Positions 1 through 14,382 of a DNA stretch of 64,000 nucleotides are shown piece by piece. The stretch comes from Piromyces finnis finn. Its lineage: Eukaryota; Fungi; Neocallimastigomycota. A program made the position numbers and the translations under genes. Position 1 is the stretch's first letter. Each line of letters opens with the position of its first letter. The stretch spans positions 248,001-312,000 of the forward strand of contig MCFH01000019.1 of NCBI GenBank assembly GCA_002104945.1. Direction: 5' to 3'. The notes under the pieces are model-generated. The model worked only from the letters and a program-made list of their open reading frames with translations. It made no database searches and had not been told where the DNA came from.

Positions 1-1642
1 CTATGCTCTAGTATATATATTATTGTATACATAAAAATAGAAATATAAAAAATAATTAAACCAGAAAGTAATTCGAATGCACATCTTTTTAAGTAATATA
101 TATTTTTTAACTTTTATAAAATAAAACATTATTATTTATTTTTTTTCAATAAAAGTGTATAAATAGTATTAATTATATACAAATATTAAATCAATAATAC
201 AACTAATAAAAAATGGATCATAAGTACTTTATAAAAACAAAACCTGTACCATTTATATCTAAAAAAATCTACAACATCAAAAAAAAAAAAGGACAATTTT
301 GACTTTATAATAATCAGCATATCAATATAATAAATAAATATATTTTTATATGTTATTGTTGTTATTGTTGTTGTTATTGTTCAGTATTCTGTTAATAAAA
401 ATTTTTTTTTTAATTCGTATTGTTCGGTTCTATTACCTTATAGGAATAATTTTAATAAGGTGAAAAACAAAAAAAAAAAAAAGTCCATAGAAACTTTTAT
501 TCCTAGTGTAACCAATACTAATACTAACAACAGTAATAAAAAAAAAAAGTAAAGAATAATAACAACATGAAAAAGACTATTTCATGAAAATTAGGAAAAC
601 CTTTTTTAAAAAGTTCAAAAATAAAATGTAAAATAATGTAATTGTAATTGTAATTGTAGAATTTTGAAATTATGTATGATCCATTTTTTATTGAAAAAAA
701 AGAGTAGGAATAATGAATTATTGTAAATCCATATAAGAAAAAGAAAGAGATTACTTCTTTCTTTATTATTATATAAAAGTACTCTTTTTTTTTTTTTTTT
801 TTCAGCTTTAGACACGTCAAAAAAAAAAAAAAAACCCATTAAAAAGTGGTCTTTTCAAAGTAAAAAAATAGATATCACAATATATACACGTGCAATAATT
901 TATTTATGTAATTTCACATAGATCAATTTTTCTGTGGCTGAAATTCATGATCGAAAAAAAACTCGGATAAAATTCTTTGAACATGATAGAGTGTCATTCT
1001 TTAATAAAAGTTTCCATTCGCCTTTTATTATTTATTTATTATAAAAAATGAAAAAAAAAAAAAAAGTTTCTTCTTTCCCAGTGCTTCTTCAAACCATTTT
1101 TATTTTTCTTGCCTTCACCACCTTTCTTTTTTTATATTTATTAAAAAAAAAAAGTTACACTTTTTTTCAAGAATTAAAGTTTTCTTTTTGACATTTTTCT
1201 TTCTTTGATAATGTTTTTTATTAAAATTCAATATATTAGAATATATTGTAATATATTAAAATTAAATATTTAAAATAAAAAAAAGGATTTCATTCCATTT
1301 TGACTTTTAAAAAAATGACACCATTTCCATTTTTTGGAAAATATATGAAACTATATTATCCATTATAATCTAATATATTGACGCCATTTATTTGAATTTT
1401 TTTTTATTATATAATCAAAAAAAATTATTCCTTTTTTTTTTTTAATTATTCATCTTTTCAAATAAAAAATATTTTATTTATTATTTTTTTATATATAAAA
1501 CTAATCGATTAAAAAAAAAAAAGATTATTATTTATAAATAAAAAAAGATTGAAATAAACGTTCCATCTCTATTATTTATTAAAAAAAAGGAAATATCGTT
1601 TCAATAATAATTTAAAAAAAAGAAAAGAAATAATAATACAAA

Positions 1643-2879
1643 ATGCCAGCTATTGTTGATCCAAGTACCATGGAATACATGGATGTCAAGGGTAATGTCC
1701 ACTCTACTGAAAGTTTAGCTTGTCTTGAAGGTCCAGGAAACAGATTCCTTTTATTCTTAAACGGGTATGCATTTAAATATTTTACTTTTTTGATACAATT
1801 AATGAAAAAAAATAATTTTCAATAATTGGAAATTTGTTTTTCATTCATGGTTTTTTTTTTTTTTAAGAAAAGATACTCATTTTATATATATATATATATA
1901 TAAATATTAATTACATATGTATATCAATGATATGTTAAAAAAAGTTGTGCTGCTCGTTGTTTATATTGTTCTAACCCAGATACTTGGGATGAAACTATTG
2001 GTACCCCAATGACTGTTGGTCAACTTGTTAAAAAGATTGGTAACCTTAAGAATTACTACATCAACTCTGTTGGTGGTGGTGGTGTTACCGTTTCTGGTGG
2101 TGAACCATTAACTCAATTTGCTTTCTTATCTTGTTTCTTATATGCTGTTAAAAAGGTAAAAATCAATTTTTTTTAAAATTAAAATCAGTCCACCAGACAA
2201 ATAAAAAGTTTTATAGAAATTAGAATGAAAGAGATTATAATAACAAACAATAACAACAACAACAACAACAAGAGCAATAAAAATAACAACAAAAATAATA
2301 AAACTTTAATTGACCTATAAAACTACTAGAATAAATATTAATAAATTGAGAGAAATTTAAATAGTACAATTGAAATTAATCACCGTTTTTTATATTTTTT
2401 CTTAAATATAGCACTTAGGTCTTCACACTTGTGTTGAAACTACTGGTCAAGGCTGTACTAAGGCTTGGAACTCTGTTTTACCACACACTGATTTATGTTT
2501 AGTTTGTATTAAGCACGCTATTCCAGAAAAGTACGAACAAATTACTCGTACCAAGAAATTAGACAGATGTCTTAAGTTCCTTAAGGAATTAGAAAAGAGA
2601 AACATTCCATGGTGGTGTCGTTACGTTGTTCTTCCAGGTTACACTGATTCCAAGGAAGATATTGAAGCTTTAATTGAATTAATTAAAAACAGTCCAACTT
2701 GTGAAAGAATTGAATTTTTACCATATCATGAATTAGGTAAAAACAAGTGGGAAGAATTAGGTATTGAATACCCATTAAAGGACATTAAGCAACTTAAGAA
2801 GAGTGAAATTAAATGGATTTGTGATATGGTTCGTGAAGCTTTCAAGGACCGTAATATTCCAGTTACTGGTGATGCCTAA
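1643..2879 (+). CDS. pflA: Pyruvate formate-lyase activating enzyme (radical SAM), 3 exons, about 266 aa
   Basis: Exons 1643-1764, 1945-2155 and 2412-2879 splice in frame at GT-AG sites. Translation gives [39 protein letters not shown] (CxxxCxxC), GGVTVSGGEP, HTCVETTG and IEFLPYHELG, all typical PflA motifs. Confidence 0.95.
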
Positions 2880-4347
2880 GTTTATTACTTTTGTAAAAAA
2901 AAAAAAAAAAAAACAATAGCCATTCCAAAATTTAATTGATTCTTTCCTTATATATATATATACATATCAAAAAATATATAAAATAAATTATTATTTCATT
3001 TTATAGTAGAGAAATATATATAAATATATATAAATATTATAAATAGTTTAAATTTTATTTGAAAAAAAAATCTATTAAAACCAATTTTTTTAATAAAAAA
3101 AAAAAGCATTAAATATAGCAACAAGGATTATGTAGATATAAAACTTGTGTACCCTTTAAAAAAAAAAAACCTTTTTTTCTATATCATTATGTATTATCGA
3201 TAAGCATTTAAATTTCAAATAAATAATATTAGAAAAAAGTTTAAAAAATATTTGATTACATACTACTAATCTTTGAAAAGCTAAAATCAATTTGTGTTGT
3301 TTATATTAAACGTATAGTTGCATTAATAATGGTGGTATGATATATTGCTGGTAAAGAAAGAAAGAGTTTTAAGGGAGAGGTTTGATGTCTCAAAAAACGT
3401 AAATTTCATTCTTGTTGTTACAACTAGTGTTTTTTTTTTTTTTTTTTTTGGTAATTTTAACCTACTCTACCAAAATCATTTTTTTCATCCACTTTTTTTT
3501 TAACCAGATATTCTAGGTAAATTTATTTTCTTTCTGGGTTGAATTTATGGTGAAATTTTAAATGTTTTTTTTTTTTTTAAATTATAAGAGTTACTTTTTT
3601 TAACCAATCATATTTCAGATGACGATTCATTACAATATATTAACAATACAATGCTAATATATACCAATTAAAATTGGTTCATAATAAATTTTTTTGATAA
3701 ACTAATAATAATGAGATGATTTGGTATTTATTTATTAATTATAAATTCATCCATTTATTTTTAATGCTAATATTTATTTAAAATAATATTTATTTGTTCA
3801 TTCATATTAATAAAGAAAATGGTGGGTTTTTTTTAGGTTAGATTCATGGTTACACAATTCTATTTGTTGATAAAAGATAAAAAAGAAAAAAATTTTCATT
3901 TTAATTTTAAAAATAAAAAAAAAATAAAAAAATTCATGAATTCTTGTAAAATAAAAAATAATTAAAAAAATCAGTTTTTTAAAAGTTTTTTTTTTTTTTT
4001 ATTTTCTCTTTTTTTTTGCTGCTTTTATTTTTTTTATTTTTTGTGGTTGTTTTTTTACCAAAAAATTTTTATTCAAAGGAAAAACAAAAAAAAAAATTTT
4101 TTTTTTTTAATTCAAATTTTAAATTAAATTATAAATTAAAAATAATAAAAAAAAAAAAATAAAAAAATTCAAAGAAATTTTTTTTTACTTTTTACTTTTT
4201 ACACAATTTAAAAAAAAAAAAAAAGCGATATTTTATTATTTATAAAAAATAAAATATTTTTATTTATTTATTATTTATTTGATTAATTTATTATTAAAAA
4301 AGAAAAAAAAAAAAAATTATATATTTATAAAAAAGAAAAAAAAAAAA

Positions 4348-6050
4348 ATGTCCAACAGTGTCATTCATGCAGTTTCTGGTAAGAATGAGAAAAAAAAAAA
4401 AAAATTTTATTTTTAGAAATTTTAAATATAATTTTTTATTTTATTTTATTTTATATCAATATTAACGCTAAACAATTTATTTTAAATCATTAAAAAAAAA
4501 AAAAATACTATTATTATTTTAAAAAAAAAAAAATACTTTGAATAATAAAACTAGGTGCTCTTGCTGGTACTTGTGCTACCATTGTTACATACCCACTTTT
4601 AACTATTACCCTTCGTCAAGCTGTCACTAAAAATAATGAAAAGAAAAGTTTATACGAAACAGTAAAACAAATTGTTAAGGACAAAAGTAATTATTAAAAA
4701 CTAAAAATTAAAAAAAGTATATTAAAATGTATATATAATTAATATATTTCAATTATTATCATCATCATTTCAATGAATGAAAAAAAAGAATTCCTTGATT
4801 TATACAGTGGTTTATCTAGTTCTATTTTTGGTGGTGCTGTTACCAACGGTGTTTGTAAGTATTTACTATTATTAATACTGTTATTATGTAATAAAAATCC
4901 ATTAAAATTGTGGGGAAAATATATTGAAATTTTTATTATGGTATTAATAATTATTATAAAAGATTTCTTCTGGTATGAATTATCTAAATCAAACATTAAA
5001 AACTGTACTAAACATGAAACTATGTCTACTCTTGAAAGTATACTTGCTAGTACTTGTGCTGGTAAATAGCCATAGAAATAATATTTATTATTTAGGAAAA
5101 AATTATAGAATGGAATTGCATTATTTATAAAACAAAGTAAATTTTATAGTAATAATAATAAATAATTTTTTATCTATTTTAATAAATAGGTACTGCTACC
5201 ACTGTTACTACCCATCCAATCTGGCTTATTAACGTAAATATATCAAAATAAATTAAGGTTATCATAGATTAAAAATCTATTTACTAAAAAAATATTGTTT
5301 TTTTTTTTTCTTTTAAAAAAAAAATATCTATAGACCCGTTGTGCTGCCAAGGTTTCTTTAGCTAATGAAGCTGATCCATCTTCTGTTAAATCTATTGGTG
5401 CTATTGAAACTTTAAAGAGAATTATTAAGGAAGAAGGTTTCTTTTCATTATGGAATGGTATTATTCCAGCTTTAATTCTTGTTTCTAACCCAGTTATTCA
5501 ATACACTACTTTTGAACAATTAAAAAATCTTCTTCTCAAGAAAAAGGAAAAGCTTGGTGCTTTAGATATTTTCATTTTAGGTGCTATTGCTAAGCTTTGT
5601 GCTACCGTTTCAACTTATCCATACACGTAAATAATCCATAATTTATTAAAAAAAAAAAATAGAAATAATAATATTTTTTTTTTTTTTAGATAATAGTAAA
5701 GTAAAGGATGTATTCATTAACCATTTATTTTATAAATAATATATATTTTTAATTTTATTTAAAAAAAAAAAAATCGAATAATTTATTTTCATAGTGTTGT
5801 CAAATCTAGAATGCAACTTCGTCAAGGTACTGATGAAACTTCTAAATACAATTCAACTTTTGATGCTTTTAATAAGATTATCAAGAATGAAGGTCCTTAC
5901 GGTTTATACAAGGGTATTCAATCAAAGATATTCCAAAGTGTATTAGCTGCTGCTTTCTTATTCATGTTCAAGGATAAGTTCTACCAATATGTTTTAAATA
6001 TTGTTATGTTAAAACATCGTCCACAAAAAGTTCAAACTCTTGCTAACTAA
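4348..6050 (+). CDS. PMP47: Mitochondrial-carrier family protein, peroxisomal PMP47/PMP34 (SLC25A17)-like, multi-exon
   Basis: ATG at 4348 (MSNSVIHAVSG-ALAGTCATIVTYPLLTITLR). Later exons encode LYSGLSSSIFGGAVTNGVYFFWYE, THPIWLINTR, LWNGIIPALILVSNPVIQYTTFEQLK, TYPYTVVKSR and GLYKGIQSKIFQSVL. The three carrier repeats have the degenerate signatures I recall for the PMP47 subfamily. Confidence 0.85.
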
Positions 6051-6795
6051 ATATAACAAAAAGTAAATTTTAGATACCTCGAAAGAAAAAAAAATAAAAG
6101 CTAAAGATTATTTAAGAAATAATTTTAAAAAGTAATAAAAAAAAAAAAGAAAAGAAAAATCAAATAATACATCCTAATGATAATAGAAATAATTAAAATT
6201 CATTGTTTTTTCTTTTGAAAAAGTAATTTATAAAGAATTTTTTATAATTATATAATAATAACATTGTAATAATTTAAATCATTTTATTAAAAAAAGTATT
6301 TCAAAATAGAAATTGAATATAAAAAAAAATAATTTTAATTTACCCATAACTTTAGATATCCTTATTGAAAAAGTAAATAATTTTTAATAATAATAATAAT
6401 AAAAAAAAAAAAATACACAATTACAAGAAAGAAAAAGAGAAAGAAAAAAAAAATAGTTTAGAAGAATTCATAATTATATATATATATATATTTTAATAAA
6501 CATAAACCCTATCTTTTTTTTATATGAAAGATTAAAAAAAAAAAAAAAAAAAAGAAATTATTAATATTAAACCCATTTTTCCTAGATAAAAATAAATTAT
6601 AAAATATTTTTTATTATTTAATTATTTAATCTTTTTTTAAAGAAAAAAAAAAAAAAAACTAATTTATTTTTTCTTTTTTCTTTTTTATAATAAAAAGAAA
6701 AGAAAAAAGAAAAAATTTAACATTTTCTTTTTTTTTTTTATATAGTTAAAATATTATAAAATTTATAATATGAAAATAAAATAGAAGAATTCTAA

Positions 6796-6829
<34 letters not shown>

Positions 6830-7372
6830 TCAAAATATTGAGTCCGTTTTTTTTTTTTTTTTTTTTTTAGAAAATAGAATATTTATTATCATCCATTACT
6901 TTTATATACTTTAAAATTATAACATATTAAACCAAAAACCAAAAACCAAAATCAAAATCAAAACCAAAAAAAAAAAAAAGAAAACTGAAGAAATAAAATA
7001 AAAAAAAAAATACTAAATTTATTTTATACAAAAAAAAAAAAAAAAAAAAATATATGTATAATATATATACCAAAAAAAAAAAAAAGTCTATCTATTTCTC
7101 CTTTTTATATATTTTATATTTTATATATATTTTATTATTATTATTTAAAGTTTTATAAAGTATTTCAAGTACATTTACAAATTTTTATCGATCTATAGTA
7201 TTTTAGATATACTATTTTTATTTTTATTATTATTTTTAATTTTTTTTTTTTTTTTAGGTGTTTTTTTTTTTTTATTCTTTTATCCTTTTATTTTATCCTT
7301 TTTTTATTGTATACTTTTATTATGTGCTTTTATTTCATGTAGGAAAGGTAGATTTTTTTTTTTTTTTTTTTT

Positions 7373-9155
7373 TTAAAATTTATATAATACTTCTTGATAT
7401 TCTTTTTCTTTGGTGAGATAGTCTTGAACTAAAAGTTTATCCTCTGAAGATTGACTCTTTGGATCTTGTTCCATGATATGGGCTAAACTCCAATTGAGGT
7501 AGGGATAACAAATGTCGGATTTGTCGACGTTCATTAAAAGTTTCTTGGCAAATTTGTAATTTTCTTTTTCACAAAGAGTGAGGGCATGGGCAATAATGGC
7601 TGGTAGGTAGGATTGATCACTACCTCCTTGCTTAATTTTTAAGACTTCATTCGACGTTTCGAAGGCTAACGTCATTTGAGAAGAGGATAGGGCTAAATGC
7701 CATAATCTTAATAAACCAATTAAATTAATATTATGGGCAGTGTCCGATGAAAGAATTTGTCGATAACAAAGTTCTGCAGCATCCTGTAAATTATACTCTT
7801 TATAAAATTCTGCCATTTCTTCTAAAATTAAAAGGGATTTTGGATTAATTTCAAGGGCTTTTTTATACCATTGAAGGGAATCATTTAAATTACCATAAAT
7901 TCTTAAAATACGTCCCATAATAACATAAATCATCGACATCTGAGTGGAATAGGAAACACGATCAATAATCGATTGACAATATTCATTACTTTTCATTAAA
8001 AGTGGGAAAATTAAATGTTGAACCTTGGAATCTGCTCCTTGCTTTATCGAATTAAAAAGTCTACCTAATTGGTAATACGAATCAGCAACAGAAATTGTTG
8101 ACCAAACATTGATCGTTTCTTCTCTTGGATTTTCTTTTCCATGGGCACGATCACGACTTAGGGTCTGTTCGGTCTTTTCAGCTAAATTCTTTGAAAGAGA
8201 TAAACTGAGAATGGCCGATTCAATATCTTCTTTACTAGATACATGATCAATCTTGGTTTTAAGTCCTAAAATTAAGGCATACCAAGCTTCAGATCGACTT
8301 GGTGATACCATAATGGCTTTTTGAGCTTTACGAATAATATCCTTAAGAATTTGTTTAAAGGATGTAGTGCCATTGTTTTCTATATAATAATCATTTAAGA
8401 GGGAAAGTGAGAAGGAAATAAAGTTTTCAACTAATAAATCATGCTCAGATGTTGTGTCCATGGTGCTATCTCCTCCTCTATGATCAATTAAACTGTTTGA
8501 TTCTAAAATAATATTTGCTGATTTTGCCAATTTAAAGGATTCATGGGATTTTGATGTGTAGTAGGTATTAATGAATTGTGATAATTTAATCCATTTTTGA
8601 GCATTGTAAGGGTAACGATGAATAGCTTTACTTAAAATGGCCTTTCCTTCCTTTGCATTACCCTAATTATCATATAAATTATATATATATATATTTTTTT
8701 AAAAAAATATAATATATAATAATAATATATAATAATAATGTATAATAATAATATATAATAATTAATAATAATTAATATTATAGAGTTTATTCTTTTTGGT
8801 TCTATAATCTATAGTTTAATAATTTATATTTCATTGCTTATTTAAATAAAATAATATAGATGGATAGAAAAAAAAAAAAAAAGGCATACTTGTGAAACAA
8901 ATAATGAACATAATAAATGATCACGGTTAGTGTCAAAGGCACCCATGTTTTCAATTGGAATTTTTAACATTTCTAATGCAGCACTAGATGCTAAAACTAA
9001 ATCATTCTTGACCATACCAAGAGAACATAAAGCAAATAAGGCTGGTAAATAATCTGGTGTATTGCTAACACTTATTAATAAAAAAAAAATTTTTTTTTTT
9101 TTTTTTAAATTTTTCATGTTGTCATAGTAATCAAATATATACATATATATTATAT

Positions 9156-9229
<74 letters not shown>

Positions 9230-9960
9230 TTAATATTATTATATTCAATTTTATTCTACTATTTTATATATTATATTATAAAAAATTTTATTATTTACCA
9301 TTTTAATAATTGTTGCTTTGTATATTCAACACATTCATCTGTTCCAATGGTGTAGTAAACTTGAGCCATTGTTAAAATAATTTTATTCTTTAGGTCTATG
9401 CAATCATCATCATCACATCTACTCAAGGCATTTTCTAAACATTGAATGGCCTCTTCATATTTTTTAACATAGCTATAACAAATACCACCAATAAGATTAA
9501 TATTAATAAAACATTTAGCATCCATATTTTCTTCGTATGGAAGAAGTTCATTGAAAACGGAAATACTTTTTTCATAACAACAATTTTGACATAAAACACG
9601 AAGTTTATTAACGGTCACACGAAGAATATCTTGAGCTATTTTAGCTTGATCTTTTGTTTTTATGGATTTTAATAAATTAATAGAAAGGTCAAAGTATTGT
9701 AAGGCATCTTCATAATGTTTTTGTCTTTCTTGTATTAAACCCATTAAATTAAGGGCATAAGGATTCTTGAAGGATAATTCAATGGATTTATTGGCAGTAA
9801 ATGTTAATTCAGAATACTTGGATACTGGGAATTCAATATTTTGTTTCTTTAATTCGTTAAAGAAATTAAGGGTGTAATAATAATTTGTTTCAAACTTTTT
9901 TTTTATATAATAATAATATATATATAGAATATTAGAAGAAGAAGAAGAAGAAGAAGAAAA

Positions 9961-9993
<33 letters not shown>

Positions 9994-12900
9994 TTAGATA
10001 TTAATTATTATTAAAAATATGAAACTATTATAGAAAAGAGGGGGAAAAAAAATAAACATACGTATGAACTATTGGATAATTCATTAGCATGTTGATATAA
10101 TTCAAAACTTTCTGAATGACTCATTTCTTTAGCAATAAATGCTTGTCCAATCCATGAATTAGAATTATTTGGATTCAATGTTTGAGCATTAGAAAATGCT
10201 TTATTAGCAAGCTCTAAATCATTATTAATAAGATATAAAAATCCTAAATTGGACCAAAGGGTAGAACTCTAAAAGTTTAAAAAAAAAAATATATATATAA
10301 AGAAATATGGTTATATATAGGAATTATATATATATATATATTGATGAATTACATTATATTATTTCTATATATTTTTATTTATTTATTTTCTATTGATAAA
10401 TTTAAATCTTTTTCTTTTTTTATCTGGCGATAAAAAATTTAATTCTATAAAAAAAAAAAAGGTTTTTTTTTTTTTTTTTTTTTTACCTTTGGATTAATGT
10501 TAAGACCTTTAATAAAGGAATGTTGACTAAACTTTGGTTGATGAATTAAATAGATACCCATAGAATTCCAATAGAATTCATTATTTGGATCAATTTTTAT
10601 TGCTAACTTTAATAATTTAATAGCAATATTTAAGATCTTTTCGTTCATTTTAGTGTCTTCATTGTCTACGTATCTGTTTTGAGTACAATTTTCATATATG
10701 AGATATACATTAAGACTAAGATTATGAAGATAATCTCCAAAAACAAAACTTTCCTCAAACTTATTTACTAAAATAGAATATTGAAGAATCATAGTTGTCA
10801 TATAAAAAATCAAATCTGCTGTTAATTCGTTGTTTTCTTTCAAGTCTTGATTAAATTTATTTTGTTTTTCTTCAAGTATTTTAGAATATTCTTGGTCTAG
10901 GCTATTTAATAAACTCATGGATTGAATATTGTTTTCCATCATTAATTCTTTTACTCTTTGATAAATGGAATAGATAACTGGGAAACAAACCCAACAATAT
11001 TTTTGAATGTATTTTAAACTACAACAGTCATCATTAATTAATTTCCACCATGATTGAAGTTCAGGGTGACTACAAATACCTTTGTAGGCAATACTTAAAG
11101 ATTTCTTAATATTTTCAGCGGCTTGACCAAATTCTGAATTTTCAATATATAATTTGCTATGATCATAAAAACAGGAACCGAGACCATATAAGGCTAAGGC
11201 ATAGTTTGGATCAAGTTTAACAGCCTTGGCATAATTAGTCTTGGCTTCATCATACATACCCATAATTTGTTGAGTTGAAGCAATTTCATAGTAGGAACAA
11301 GTAGAATTTGGATCCATTTCATTAGCTTTAGTAAATGCTTTTAAGGCTGGTGTATAATGGCCATTTAATTTATAGCATAAAGCTAAACCAAACCAACTGT
11401 TATAATCATGAATATCAATTCTTAATAAGGATTGGAAAGAAGTAATGGCATCCTTATAATTACCCTATATCAGAGAATATCATGACATGATATAGATTAT
11501 ATAATTACGATTATATACAAGGATAATAATAAATTAAAATTTTTATTCCTACACCCTAATACAATAATATTAATTAAATAAAAATAAAAAAATTTACCAT
11601 AATGTAATAAAGATAACTTAAATGTTTCCAGGCCCAAAGACATCTAAGATTCTTTTTAATAATTGTATTACAAACATCAATAGCTTCAACAATATCATTC
11701 TTATTTTTAATTAAAAGTTCAACAAGTTTTTTTCCAGCTTCTTCATCTTCATTACATAAATAATGAGCTTTACGGTAACTTTGTTTAGCTTTAGTTACAT
11801 TATTTTTTGACAAGAAATAATCACCAAGATAACAATAGTTTTCATTAAAGTTTTGATTAATTTTCATGGAACTTATAAGGTAATTAAAACCACCATCATA
11901 GTCTATTTAACGATAATTAATATATTACATTTATTATTATATAAAAATTTAAATATTTTAATAATGATGATACGAATGATAATAATATATACATATACTA
12001 TTAGTTTTCTTGAATTAGTGTTATTTACCATTTTGCTTAAAATAAACTCTGGCCATTCTGTAATTATTAAGATAATCTGATTTTATATTTAAAGAGTTTT
12101 GTAAATATTCCTTTGCTGAATCATAATCATCTTTTAAGAAATAAGACCATCCAATTTCCATTAAAATTTTCCAATTATTTGGATTAAAGGAATCAGCTTT
12201 TAATAAACTTTTTAAGCCTTCCTCGGTTTTATTAAATCCTTTAATTAGTAATACACCAAGACCCTTTTAATATTATTTATACATATATAAGCATTTGTTA
12301 ATTTTTTTTTTTATCATTATTATTATTTAAGAAAATAATTTTTTTTATTATTATACTCTTTTAATTTACTTACTAAAAAGGCTTCATAATTTTCTGGTTC
12401 ATTTTTTAAAACTGATTTATAAATTGCTAATGCTTCCATATATTTGGACTTTTCTAATTCAATAAGTGAATTTGCTAATATTAAATCAAGGGAAGTCTTA
12501 ATACTAAAAATATAGGATATCGGTATAAATTGATATATTATAGGTCAAAATAATTAAATATATATTCAAAGTATAAAACTAATTATTAAAAAAAATTTTT
12601 TTTTTTTTTTTTTTTATCATACGTATTATAAGATTTTTGATATTTTTCTTCGATAGAAAGGACAATATCTTTAGTGTATCTTGATAAATTTTCAGAATAT
12701 TGGTAATTTCCATTTAGGTAACCAACATGAGCTTGAAGATAACATGGGAAAATTAAATTACAATCATCTGTATTTAATTTCTAATATAATCAAATTCAAT
12801 ATATAACAAAATAATATAAAATATATAAAATATATAATAATAATAACAAAAAAATAGTTAATAATTAATAATCATAAACTATTTTTATTAATAATAATAG

Positions 12901-14382
12901 TAAACTTACTGTTAATTTTTCAAAAGCGGCATTATTATTACTTTGTTCTTTCCATTCCATATAAATTTTAATTGTATCGCTTAATAAATCGTCTTCTTTA
13001 GCAAATTTTAAATACTTTTTGAAAAGTTCCATGTCATAATCATCTAATTAGAATAAAATAAAGTTATTAATAACACTTTTTATAATCATCATAAATTTAG
13101 GTGTGCATGCATATATACCAATTTTATTATCTTTAGCATTAATTAAAATTTCATAAGCAATTGGAATATCTAATTCTTGTTTTATTATACGTTCACTTAA
13201 TGATGTTACTCTTTCATAAGATTCCTATCATTTAAATATACATAAATATTTTGACATTTTAATCAGGTAAAAGGATTTAAAATGTTTATTTTGTTAACTA
13301 TTATTTACTTGAATATTGTCAACTTGTTTGATATCGATTTTCTTTTTTAATAAAGTAACATATTTTCCCAAAACATTATTATCTTTTTCAATTTCTAAAT
13401 GTTGTTCATAAATTGGAATTAATTTTGATTTTTCAATCATTTCATTTTCAATTTTTACTTTTAATATTGGGAATGGTTCAGAATCAATTCTATATCTTCT
13501 CTTTTTCAATTCACTATTATAATAACTTTCATCACTCTTTTCATACATTGTTTCAATTCTTTTAATAATTTCTAAAGGTTTTGGAATATCTAAATCCTTG
13601 ATAATGTCATAATATTCACTTCCAGGTAAAAATACTTGAAGTTCGTTAATGAGCTTTTTTTTATAAAAAAAAAAAAATTTCAAAATTCAAGAGTAAATAT
13701 TTTTTTTTCATTTTCTTTAAATTTTATTAAATGTTTTATAATATACTCATTTCTACCTTATCATTATCACCAATATTCTCAAAAGTAGTAATTATACGAT
13801 TTGTTGTTGCCAAAAATTTATCTGGATTACTAATGATTAGTGACAAATTTTATTTATTAATAAACATTCAAAACATTTAGTAATAAATAAATATATTTAT
13901 ATATAAAAATATATATATATACCTTTTGAATTTATCTCTCAATTGTTTTAAAATATCAATTAATTCATCATTCATATTTTCCTTTTCATACAAATTTGCT
14001 AAACCCTATTATAAAATTTACATGAAATGTAGAATTCATTTTTATTTTTTTTTTTTTTATTAATTATAAAAGTAAAAATTATAATTACTTGAGGAATTAT
14101 TATATTGTAAATTATTATTGTTAAGTATCAAATAAAAACAATTTCAAGATTATTAACCTGAAAAGGCATAGGCATTGAAGAATCAATGGCAATTGCTTTT
14201 TTATAATATTTAATACTATCATTATATTCACCAAGATTGAACTCTGCTAAACCTAAAAAAGTTAATGCGGTATAATTGTCACTTTCAAGTTCTAAAATGT
14301 AGTTACATTGATCACGAGCATCGTCATATTCTCCACTTGCAATATAATTTTTTGCTTGTTTTAATAAAGATTTAATCGACAT
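7373..14382 (-). CDS. SKI3: Superkiller complex TPR protein Ski3/TTC37, many exons
   Basis: N-terminus MSIKSLLKQAKNYIASGEYDDARDQCNYILELESDNYTALTFLG resembles Ski3. TPR-like exons occur throughout (WAWKHLSYLYY, WFGLALCYKLNGHYTPALKAFTKANEMDP, YWNSMG, LWSNLGFLY, AIHRYPYNAQKW). Stop at 7373. Confidence 0.85.

Noticed and set aside
524-839. Two minus-strand ORFs at the window start
   Set aside because: Low-complexity poly-A/T translations with no family motif or splice-consistent partner exons.
887-892. CACGTG E-box upstream of pflA
   Set aside because: A single hexamer about 750 bp from the ATG is not enough to call a regulatory site.
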